Positions 26,358 through 37,012 of a stretch of 64,000 nucleotides of DNA are shown here, piece after piece (within the stretch, counting starts at the first letter, position 1; every line of letters begins with the position of its first letter). Position numbers and translations under genes: made by a program. This DNA comes from Paecilomyces variotii (taxonomy: Eukaryota), in the NCBI GenBank assembly GCA_004022145.1, contig RCNU01000014.1; one strand, written 5' to 3'. The notes under the pieces are model-generated. The model was given only the letters and a program-made list of their open reading frames with translations, did no database searches and was not told where the DNA came from.

Positions 26358-27403
26358 ACATTGTTCTGTTGTTTGTTCTTGCCGGCGTCTCTACCTCTTT
26401 GGTGTCTGTCGGCGCATTCAATGTCCGCTGGGGACTTGCATCTGGGGGGCGTTTCTGGTCTGCATTGCAGCGATTTGTCAAGTATTCATGGGCGTCTCCT
26501 CATCATACCTGGCGCTTGGTCTTCTGGTCTATATTCTTTCCTCATTGGAGTTATCGGAATATGTAAATTGGGACGAATCTATAGCTGGTTTAATGGGGAT
26601 AATTTGTTATTTTGAACTGTTTCCTAAGCTCAGTAACTGTCTAGGCAGTAGCCCGCGTCAGTACTCCTTAAGGCGCTTTGGGAGGGGACTCCCACTGTAC
26701 AACGAGAGATAGGCACAATGATTGTTAATGGAACATTCTTAGGTGCCATTGTTTAGTTGTCATCGTGGGTGATACTTTGCTGACCATGGTCGGGCGATGC
26801 TGTACTCCGTAGGCTTCCAAGGACGTTGTACCGCTTCAGTCAGAGAGCGGATCAAGGGAAGCATGTCGAAAGCAGCGAGTCCAGAGTTCTAGAAAGTACC
26901 GTATCTAATGTTGTACCATAATTCCTGACCATTGCAGGCATTTCTCCGATGGCAAACGGGAAGACGACATCGAGGCAGATGCTTGTGCTGTTGTTAAGGC
27001 GGTCTCTGATGGTGAGCGGGTGACTAAGCAACGGGAGATGATGCTAGATTTCGCCCAGACATATCGATCTTCACCTCACCCAACCATCAGTCGGTCCGCC
27101 GCTAAGCTCCACGACTGAACTGACCCCCTCTGAATTTACAGCTTACGAGAGTTAGAGCAATCCCGTATCGATTGAATCGAAGGGAGAGCATCCGGATTTT
27201 CTCAATCTACGACCGTCTGAGCTTTGATCGGTGGTGGAGATCTGGGGGGGAGGTGTTAGGTCCCGATCCGCCATCGTCGCAACTGGCGTGACCTCCCACC
27301 GGCAACGCTGCGACCACGAGCTGCCAACCTGACCATCCTAATCCGTTTCTTGTCCTTTTTTTTTGTATTATCGTGGTGTGCATCGCACCAGACTCTGATC
27401 GCC

Positions 27404-29338
27404 ATGTCGAACCAGCAGGTGGTGAGTGCTTGTCGAGCGGCCCTGCCTTGCCTGTTTCCGCATGAGGCGTCATCCCTTGTCATTGTCTCCTCCATCCTGG
27501 CCCTTTCCCCCTATCGCGCGATGATGAAGACTTGAGGCTTATCTGAAAATGATCCACAGGGCATGGTCTTTGACCGTGTCATCCAAGAAGTCTGCGAAGC
27601 CTCTCGGGTTGACTTTGAGGAGAGCGGTGTTGACCAGCAGACGTTGGAAGAGCTGAGAAAGGTGAGTTGCGAGCGTTGCTGTTAGTTAGTCCTTTCCTTT
27701 GTGCTTGTCTATCGACTCATGTATCCCTGCATCGCGCTGTCAGTCGCTCGATGTTTTCCCATCGAGATGAGGGCAGCCAGAGAGCAGTCTGCCATCGCCG
27801 TCGTCGCCCGCTGAGGCTGAGGCAGAACCGGGCACGATCGCCCTTTCTCAAGTCTGCTCGGGTGGCCAAAGCGGGGTTCGCAAGGTTTGGGGGAAGGCGC
27901 GATCCTTATGGGGAGCCGTCGGGCTTTTGAGTCGTTTTTATACCCACGCACAAAGCACAAACTTATGCGCCCGCCCGCCTTTCTCCGCCCGGCCACCCTG
28001 CGCCAATCAGCTGTCGCGAGTCACTGCGAGTCACTGCTCGTGGCACGCACTGCGTTGGCTTTCTCTGTATACGATACATCGATCTATCTTATATGTCTAT
28101 CTTTGTATATTGGCTGCTTGTTTTCATTCATTCATTCATTCATTCATTGCTGATCCGCTGACTCTCAACCCGCTCCACAGAGCTGGCAGCAAAAGCTCTC
28201 GTCCCTGGGTGTTGCACACTTCCCATGGGACCCTCCGCCACAGCCAGCACCGCAACCGCAGAACCCCATCCTCCCTCCTACCGCGACCGTTCCCTCCAAT
28301 GCCCCCAAACCACCCTCAACCCAACAGCCGCAAGCACCTCAACAGCAGATTCCTCAGTCACATCCGGGCGTGACACCCTCTCTACAGGCGCCTGTTCCTG
28401 GCCAGCTTCCTGTTTCGGGGCCCCCTTCCAATGCCAATGGACAGCCCCGCATCAAGACGGAGCCCGGGCTCAACGGTCCGATGAACCAGATGCCCCAGGC
28501 TCCCTCGAACCCCCAGTCCGCGCGCGAACGTGCGGCCAACATGCTTCAACAGCGATATGGTCCTGCAGCCACGACCTCGATCAGCCAGCTGCAGGCACAA
28601 TCGCAGGCCGCCTTGTCGCTCCCAGGACAGCCGCGTCCAGCTAATCCTCAGATGCCTAATGGCCAGGGGCAAGATATCAAGCCTCAGCAGTACCAGAATG
28701 TCAATCAGCCACAGAGCACCCCTGTTGGCAATGCACAGACAGACGGCGCGAGCGATGGCCTTATGGAGTGGAAGGCCGAGGTGGCTCGACGGCGGGAGGC
28801 TGCAGCACGTCAGAACGGCGAAGGTGATCGTCTGCTGCGCGAGCAGTTGAGGTTGCAGGCTCTGTCGTTAGAGGGTGGTGGTCTCATGCTTCCCCTAGAT
28901 GAGCAGGACTTGTCATCCAAGATAGCCAAGCGTCGTGTTCTCTCTCACTCCATGAGGTCTACCTCTGAGGACATTGTTCCCGGAGCTACTCCAACTATGG
29001 CGCCGTCCATCTCCAGTCTACCACGTCCTCAGTACGATGGACCGGATGACGATGACAAGGTCGAGGATGACGAAGACGCCATCAACTCTGACCTGGACGA
29101 CCCCGATGATCTCATCGCCGAAGAGCATGAGGGAGAGGATGCTGTCGGTCAGGTCATGCTCTGCACATATGATAAAGTGCAAAGGGTCAAGAACAAGTGG
29201 AAGTGTACTCTGAAGGATGGAATCCTGACCACCGGCGGAAAAGAGTGAGTATCCCCATGCTATTTTACTCTGTATGTATCCCTACTGACGGCTTTCAGGT
29301 ATGTCTTCCACAAAGGCCAAGGCGAATTCGAGTGGTAA
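27404..29338 (+). CDS. toa1: Transcription initiation factor TFIIA large (alpha/beta) subunit
   Basis: Exons 27404-27421, 27560-27661, 28181-29244, 29299-29338. Motifs DFEESGVDQQTLEELRKSWQQKL, DAINSDLDDPDD, MLCTYDKVQRVKNKWKCTLKDG, GEFEW*. Confidence 0.95.
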
Positions 29339-29839
29339 GCTGGTTGTCGTTTTCAGCGACCAGGAAAATTGCCTTTCCCTCACCCACTACTTTCTGTTTT
29401 TTTCTTTTCTTTTGTTTTACTTGACGAAATGTTTCCACGTCTCGACGTGAGAAACGCACAATAAGCTGGTGTCAGGGGTTCTAGGAGGATCTGTATTGCT
29501 TTTCCCTTGGGATGTCCCTATTCCAAAAATCTCTCCCATACTGGCTTTTTCTTCGGCATGTCTTTTCGTCGACGATGACGTTCATAGTTTCCAGAAATCT
29601 TGTCTCCGCTGTGAAAAAAATGTTATCCATCGAGATTTCTTTCATGGTACTTAGATTGATAACGTTTCGACCAACGCAGCTGGGAGTTCTTCCCATTCGA
29701 GGGCGACAGTACACTCGGAATGTAAAGCTGCAAGTGCCTAGATAGCTAGCTTAGCCTTCTTGAATGAATCTGTATTGATACTGGTTGTTTCTGAGTTAGG
29801 TTCCATATAGATTATGTCTATGTTTCTAATATCTGCAAA

Positions 29840-30856
29840 TCAAGTCATCTTAATGACAGCCTGCTTTTTGCCTGTGCCATCGTATCCCTTCTCGATCGCG
29901 TCCTCCAGACCCATTAGCTCCACCGTGTCTTCGCTGCGGGTTTTGACCGCGCCGCTTTCGAACCAACCCCTCAACTGGCGTAGCTCGTCCGCTACTTCTG
30001 TAAGCGTCGCATTCGTCGTATTGCACCCAGCCAGCTCAATCTCCTTTCGGTATGCCTGGAAGATATCGAAGGTGAAATCTGTCTTCGCGCCTGGTCCGCG
30101 CGGGGCTGCGATCCATATGTATCTACCACGGTCTGCAAGCTGGGAGTAAGCAGCGGCCATGAGTTCAAGATCGCCCACCGTGTCGATGACCACATCCGCT
30201 CCATGGTTGTCCGTGAGTTGCGGGATGGCATCACCCAGCGAATCTGCCGGCGAAGAGCTGAGAACAACCCTATCAGCATCGCCTGGAGCGGCACTTCGCG
30301 CAGCGCCCAAGACGCGCTTGCATCCCATTGCCTTTGCGATCTGGACCGCAGCAGACCCAACACCACCTGTCGCACCGAGAACAAGCACGATATCATCCTT
30401 GTGAGTCCTCGCGCGGCGCAGACACCGCAGCGCAGTTAGGAACGGCACGCCCACCAGCGACGCCTGCAGAAGGGACAATGTCTTTGGTTTCTCGACCAGA
30501 GCCTCCTCTGGAATCACACAGTATTCGGCATGCGTGCCATCTTGGGTGAATCCGAGAGCTTCACCGCTACTGCCGTAGACTTCGGTGCCGATTTTGATGT
30601 CGTTTCTGGTGGGAGTGCCGCCAACCACGACGCCTGCGTAGTCGCGGCCGGGAATGCGAGGGAATGTAGTCTTGGGAAAGCCGCCTTTTGCATTGAGTTT
30701 GTCGGAGGGCTGGATGGAGGAGTAGTGGATCCTGACCAGGAGATGGCCTGGTGGTGGGGTTGGGATGGGTAGAGTAGTCAGGGAGATGCCTGGGGGAGTG
30801 TTTGCGGAAGGTCGAGTAAGGTAGATGGCTTTCATGGTCTCGTTGGAGGAAGCCAT
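29840..30856 (-). CDS. MDR-superfamily (quinone-oxidoreductase-like) NAD(P)-dependent dehydrogenase
   Basis: Intronless, 338 aa. GroES-like motif PRIPGRDYAGVV, GTHAEY, and Rossmann motif VLVLGATGGVGSAAVQIAK; lacks typical Zn ligands. Confidence 0.9.
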   Translation of the reverse strand: MASSNETMKAIYLTRPSANTPPGISLTTLPIPTPPPGHLLVRIHYSSIQPSDKLNAKGGFPKTTFPRIPGRDYAGVVVGGTPTRNDIKIGTEVYGSSGEALGFTQDGTHAEYCVIPEEALVEKPKTLSLLQASLVGVPFLTALRCLRRARTHKDDIVLVLGATGGVGSAAVQIAKAMGCKRVLGAARSAAPGDADRVVLSSSPADSLGDAIPQLTDNHGADVVIDTVGDLELMAAAYSQLADRGRYIWIAAPRGPGAKTDFTFDIFQAYRKEIELAGCNTTNATLTEVADELRQLRGWFESGAVKTRSEDTVELMGLEDAIEKGYDGTGKKQAVIKMT

Positions 30857-31367
30857 GGCTTATAGACGGTTCTCTTTTCGGTCTTTCTTTCTTTTCCCTT
30901 TTCCCTTTTCCCTTTTTTGTTTTTTTCTTTTTCCTTCGTTTAAGGGGGGCTTTCGGATAGTTCGATGTATTGTAAACCAAGTTACATATACATACAATTT
31001 CATGCACGTAAGATCATTCTATTCATCGAGTCCTCGTATAGACAGAAGGCGATAATTGTGACCAAACCATACGCAAGTCTTACAAAGACAACGAACGAGT
31101 CAGCTCTTCATAACGCGGGGTAATTACTTATCGACGATTGCGGACAGAAGTCAAATGGAAGAGGGCGGTTTAGATGTTTCACCGTACCTAGAACAATGAG
31201 AAGGTAAGGAAATAGTTCTTCTATGGTATATCCTATAAATATATGCCAAGAATATGTCAATTCGGAGTAGAAGAAGAGAACTTCTGAGAAGATCGGATCG
31301 CATTGTCGGCACTTGAAGAACCCCTGATCTTATCAGATCGCTTCCTTCGGGCCGACTGGTTATTATC

Positions 31368-31400
31368 GCGGCCCGCGCGGCCCCTGCGGCCCCTGCGGCC
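31368..31400. repeat. 9-bp tandem repeat (GCGGCCCCT) x ~3.7 in a divergent promoter
   Basis: gcggcccgc gcggcccct gcggcccct gcggcc. Confidence 0.85.
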
Positions 31401-31863
31401 ATCGGGACAAGATCTCACCCGCGAATGAATGCTCCTGATGCCCTGTTTTGCAGTCAACGATGCGCAAGGCCTTAGCCGCTTATGATAAATCAGTGCGGAA
31501 TCCGCCCGAGGATTGGTCCTGTATATATTCTAGCGTCGGGCAACATGGGAGATCGCTCTGGGAGAGCATTTCCGATGGTCGGAGTGTGTTGGCTTCGCAT
31601 ATATCGCTAGGGGGCGGGTGTTTTGAAACTTCAAGCGTCTACGGGTTTTCTTGACTCGTGATACTCAGGGCCCTGAAACGATATCGGAGATTTTCTAGGA
31701 TATAATCTCAAACACAGGGTCTGAGAAACGTTACCAAAACGATCTAGAAACTTTTTCTTTGTTTCTGGTGTGTTTCTACCCCTCCGTTTTATAGATCCCG
31801 CTCATTAACTATATGTTCTTTCCACTGCTAATATCGATTATCTAGCTTGGCCTTTAGATCATC

Positions 31864-33471
31864 ATGGCTGCCATCGAAGTGATGGACTCAGACGGAATCC
31901 AAGAATGGGAGAAAGAGGAGAAGAAGAAGCAAGAAGACGTCGATCCAGAAGCACTCACCAAGACCCTTACGGAGCAATCGCACGTCGTGCGCCCCAAATC
32001 TCTCCCGAAGGAGATCCTCTTCGTCAGTGTCGTTTGTGCTGCTCAGTTCATGACCCAGGCTGGCTTAGCACAGTCCATTGCGCCGCTACATGTCATAGGC
32101 GCAAGTTTCGGAACCACGAGCGAAAATGATCTCAGTTGGTGTGCGGCAGCATATAGTTTGACCATCGGCACATTCATCCTCGTTGCGGGACGATTGGGCG
32201 ACGTATATGGGCATAAGTTGATGTTCACTATCGGATTTGTATGGTTTGGCCTCTGGTCTCTTATCGCAGGCTTCAGTGTCTGGTCGAACCAGATCTTCTT
32301 CGATGTGTGTCGCGCCCTCCAGGGAATAGGGCCCGCATTGTTGCTCCCCAACGCGGTTGCTATCTTTGGGAGAGCATACGAGCCAGGTCCGCGCAAAGAT
32401 ATGGTGTTTAGCCTCTTTGGCGCGACTGCTCCAGGTGGCTTCGTCGTTGGATCAACCTTTTCGACGATCTTTGCGCAGTTGGTGTGGTGGCCCTGGGCTT
32501 ACTGGGTCATGGGCATCGTGTGTTTCTGCTTCGCAGTCCTGGGCGTCCTGGTCATTCCAAGAACACCATCTCCCAAGTTCAATGATGGTCTCAGCACCTT
32601 TGTCCGACTCGATGTCCTCGGTGCCAGCGCAGGAATCTCTGCCCTCGTGCTGATCAATTTCGCGTGGAATCAGGGCCCCGTAGTCGGCTGGCAGGTGCCC
32701 TACAACTATATCCTGCTCATCGTCGGGTTCCTCTTCCTAGCTGTCTTCTTCCTTATCGAGCGCAAGGCAACTTGTCCGCTACTCCCCTGGTCTGTCTTTA
32801 CAGGCGACGTCGGTTGGGTGCTGGGATGTATAGCCGCTGGATGGTCTAGTTTCGGAACCGCCATATTCTACTTTTACCAGTTCATGGAAGTCATCAAGGG
32901 AGACACTGGACTGCTTGTCAGTGCAAAATGGTGTCCAGCGGCTATCTCGGGAGCCGTTGCAGCCGTAACTACTGGTTTCCTGCTCAGCCGTGTCCCACCA
33001 AGTGTCATTATGTTCTGTGCCATGTGTGCCTTCACAACAGGGCTGGCATTGCTGGCTACTCTACCGCCGGATCAGATATATTGGGCGCAGGCTTTTGTGA
33101 TGTCTATCGTCATATGTTGGGGGATGTGAGTCCATCTTCAAATTATCTCCTTTTGAAATGCAGTAGCACTAACGCAACGCCGTAGGGATATGTCTTTCCC
33201 ATCTGGGACCGTTATCCTCAGTAACTCTATGCATCATCAACACCAGGGTCTAGCAGGCTCACTAGTCAACACTGTGGTGAATTACTCCATTTCTATAGGC
33301 CTTGGCTTTGCAGGAACGGTAGAATCCCAAGTGAACGACGGCGGTAAGGATCGTCTGAAGGGAATACGCGGAGCATCATATATGGGACTTGGATTTGCTG
33401 GTCTTGGGCTTATCCTGTCGGTATGTTTTATGATCGAGACATGGTGGAGATCGAGACACAGGAAACTATAG
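31864..33471 (+). CDS. MFS drug:H+ antiporter (DHA2, Atr1-like)
   Basis: Exons 31864-33125 and 33186-33471. Motif A GRLGDVYGHK, RALQGIGPA, and MDMSFPSGTVILSN...QGLAGSLVNTVVNYSISIGLG; many TM helices. Confidence 0.92.
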
Positions 33472-33992
33472 ACGAGACGAGTCGTTCTGACAGGATCTGT
33501 GTGCAAAATTAATGAAGGGTTGATTTAGATGTCACCAGTTCTCAAACGTATATTATACCTCCAAGCCCACTCCACCAGTCTTGATAAAGTGGGAGATCCA
33601 TGAGGTGGATGTAGGTATCGTATCATAATGAATACTTCACGTAACTATCCTTTGCGTGGAAGGAAGTATCTAAGAGGAGGGAACAGCATTACGCTACTTG
33701 AAGGAAGATTTAGATTGGATAATACCACACTTACTTGACGTGGCACTCACTTAATGGAGACAGGGAAATACTCGAAGGCATCAACCGAGTAATCGCTATT
33801 GACTTTAATGTCACATGACTAGCGATTTCATTGTTCTCATCAATAACGTCAATGCAGACTCTCTCCATCCTTCCTTTTGCCTCTAGATATCTATTTCAAA
33901 GCATATCATTATCCCTGTCTATTCGTCCTCTTTGAAACGTGACCCTTCATTCTATCCTGATCAGTACGATCGTTATAAACCTACGCGTTATC

Positions 33993-34925
33993 ATGATATA
34001 TCCACATTTCCCTGACGGTATCTTGCTTAAGAAGCATGTCGGTAGGATAATACGTGTCCAAGGTGTCCAATATCAGTTGGAACGTTTAATGGCCGAGAAG
34101 TACGACCATCATCTTGTTCAACGAGTTGCCCTCTTCGAGGCCAAGAAATCCGATACCCAAGAGACTGCGGTTGTCAAGTTTCGCTTTCAGTGAGTTCTGC
34201 CTTCCACAACATTGATCGATAATTTTTCATTAACCACGCGTTATATGTCCAATATTCAACCAGCCCATACAGACCATAGAATGTGTGTCTTCTGATGTGG
34301 TATTGCTAACTCATCATACTTGAAGAATGGATCCTGATGCGATTCTTGAAACTGATCGGGAGGCTGTACTAATCATGGCGTTGAACTGGTTCAGAGCAGA
34401 GGCCGGATGCCTTCAAGCTTGCGAAACTAGAGACCACAGAACACCAAAGTTCTATGGAAAAGAAGAACTTGTTCAGGGCAGTCAAGACCTGTACCCTGGA
34501 GGCTACATGCATGTTATCGCAATGTCAAAGGTCCCTGGAAGCCCAGTTACTACATTCTCAAGATTCACTCGGAGAGAGATCGAGACCATTCGCAAGCAAC
34601 TTGCTGAAATACTTGAGTAAACATCCTTCACCAGATACAACTTTTTTTTACAACCACTAATGCCTGCATGAAGATATACGCGACAGAAAGGATGCCACTA
34701 CATCCTCCCGAACAAAGAAGACTTATTTTTTGACCGGACCTCTATGCACACGTATGTTCGAGCTTATCAATATTTATACAAGACCTGCTAACATTTATAC
34801 AAAGTGCCCTCGTTGGATTTGCTGGCCTTGCCCTGGATGACAACAGTAATATCGATCCGATAACAGAGAGCTCATTTGAAGTCACGGCTTTTGGGTTGGA
34901 ATCATTGCCACATGGTAGGAGATAG
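33993..34925 (+). CDS. Fungal protein-kinase-like fold protein, probably a pseudokinase
   Basis: Exons 33993-34189, 34326-34616, 34674-34751, 34805-34925 splice in frame. It has AVVKFR (beta3 Lys), a helix-C Glu (FRAEAGCL), TPKFYG and YPGGYMHVIAMSKVPG. The catalytic-loop and DFG positions read HYILPNKEDLFFD and LVGFAG. Confidence 0.65.
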
Positions 34926-35044
34926 ATGCGAAACAGCCAAGCCATTAGGATTATTCTATTCAGGATAGGTGGATCTACCACAAGAGCAACGGCCCATGAG
35001 AAATTTGTGCTTGCACTCTTCAAATGAGTCTACGAATCTTAGGT

Positions 35045-35947
35045 CTATCCACTATAAGACTCACTGGTCAGGGAAATTCCTGTCTCGGAAAAAATGACGG
35101 GAGACTGGGCTGTCCATGTTCCCATAGTCTGGAAGTAGTTGTAAGTTTCCTGATAGTTATGCAACAGTGTGTGTGACTGACAAGTAGTTCACCAACTCTC
35201 CTTGTGGATTGCCAGCTGTTTCCGGCTGCGATGGTTGCTATGAAAAATAGGCATTCTTTCAGGCTTACGTCCTCAAAACGAGGGGTCAATATGGTTCGGT
35301 GATAAACCACCGGTGACACTTGGAAGGTGAAAGTATGGCTCCGCTTAAGAAAGACTGTCTGTTGGTAGGTCGTGAAAAACCCATATGCGGTTTCGTAGTC
35401 ATCCATATATCTCGCAAGTTGTCCTGTCCCGCAAATTAATTTTTAGCTATGAAGTGTGTTCGAGATAATAATCCTTACCAAGTAGGCGAGCAAACTCTGC
35501 CTTCTTCATTTTCTTGAGATCCGTTGTCCAGTATGTCTTTACCTCCCCGACCACGCGAATCTCTCCTGGGTTACCATAACATTGGATTGTGACATCCGGT
35601 ACAGGCCCGGGATCATCACCAAGAGTACATGTTCCTGCCTGAGGGTCACCGAAAGCCAGATTCATGCTGCGTAGAGTCACAGACAGAGCTTCCGATATAT
35701 GCTGGACTAAGCGGCTGAATTCACCGTTCTCATTGCCAACGATGTACTGCTCCGATTGAACAGTTGGAGGAAGCGCCCGAGGAATGCCGTAATGCTGAAC
35801 AGATTGTTGTCTCACTAGGTGATAGAAGTCTCTCCATGGGGATATTTGATCAGTCGAGAGATAATATGGTTCGCGTGACGGTCCCGTTCCAAAGCCGGGC
35901 CGTTTTTTTAGGTCCGGCAATGCAGACCAGATCTCTGCTCCTGCCAT
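35045..35947 (-). CDS. PD-(D/E)XK restriction-endonuclease-fold protein
   Basis: Exons 35947-35479, 35423-35182, 35128-35045. Motifs VPDVTI...VVGEVKTYW, then GQLARYM (QxxxY), YGFFTTYQQTVFLK and VSLKECL. Confidence 0.7.
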
Positions 35948-36210
35948 TTGTACGGCTTATTCTTATAGTATTATATCCGTCCAGCTTATGAGCACTGAGT
36001 AACCGTGAACTCGGATTGGATTGTCTTGCAAGGTTAGGAGAGTTTTAGAGTATAGCTTTCTCTGTAAGAGAAGTCGAATCCTTAATCTATGCGGAATATT
36101 ACCTTCAGCATAGTGAATCTATCAGTGAATAATAGTCTCGCCAGAGTACAATAACATGTTATTCCTATTTAGGTTACGTCTGTTGAGCCCTGACGGAATC
36201 TACCTACACA

Positions 36211-36325
36211 GCTGAACTTGGATTCATCTAGCAACTAGCTCAGCCTATTTATCCCTGTAGATGGAGGAGCTAGAAAGGCGTGGGAGAAACCCGACAGCAG
36301 ATCTGCCTGTAGGCAGATCCCGACA
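36211..36325. repeat. Dispersed ~110-bp repeat, copy 2
   Basis: Matches 20652-20761, differing mostly by transitions. Contains the palindrome GATCTGCCT-GT-AGGCAGATC (36300-36319). Confidence 0.85.
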
Positions 36326-36888
36326 AGAGATATCCTTATTGTAATATACGCCTAGAGAGAATGTAAGTTTCCTGTATCATTCCTGTAGTATCCGTCAGCG
36401 CCTCTTTACTGTGGCGTAAGACGATAATGGATATACAGGTTCACTAGCTGTAATTTTTCGAATCAAGATAATAACTTTTTGTGTAGTAATTTTAAATTAT
36501 AGAATATAGTAGCTCTAGCAGTGTTCGAACTAATTATACTTAGCATAATAGTCGTTTTCATTGTTTTTGCTATTAAATTCTATTAAACTATTATTAAGAA
36601 ATGCTTTTAGTCTATTCTTTAGCCAATAGTACCCAAGTAGGCTCTTTAAGTTCCATGCTTGTCCATCGTCAGCAACTCTGAAGCCATCACGAATTTTGAA
36701 AGTAGCGACGTATGTACAACTTTTCGTTTTCTACAGGCGATAGAGTCTCAGCGTCGTACAGGGAAAATAATCGGGCAATGGAAGCTGACTGTCGGAAACA
36801 TCGTAGTAAGGAAGCATTCTCTAGCCCATCAAGAACAAATCATTATCGCCGCCCTCCGCCTAGAGATAACAATGTGAGACGGTAGAAG

Positions 36889-36952
<64 letters not shown>
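36889..36952 (+). repeat. Poly(A) homopolymer, 64 nt
   Basis: Directly visible in the sequence. Confidence 0.98.
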
Positions 36953-36953
<1 letters not shown>

Positions 36954-37012
36954 GAGAATAGCTATTCAGCACGGATTTGAAAACATGGACTAATTCTAAT
37001 TGTGTTAGTGAG

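Noticed and set aside
27521..27546. C box ATGATGA and D box CTGA in toa1 intron 1
   Set aside because: Only 26 nt apart, too short for a C/D snoRNA; the CTGA coincides with the likely branch point and no rRNA-complementary guide was recognised.
27775..28060. SRP RNA or TPP riboswitch as the identity of the structured toa1 intron
   Set aside because: Could not find the SRP Alu/helix-8 motifs or the TPP aptamer consensus; left as an unassigned structure.
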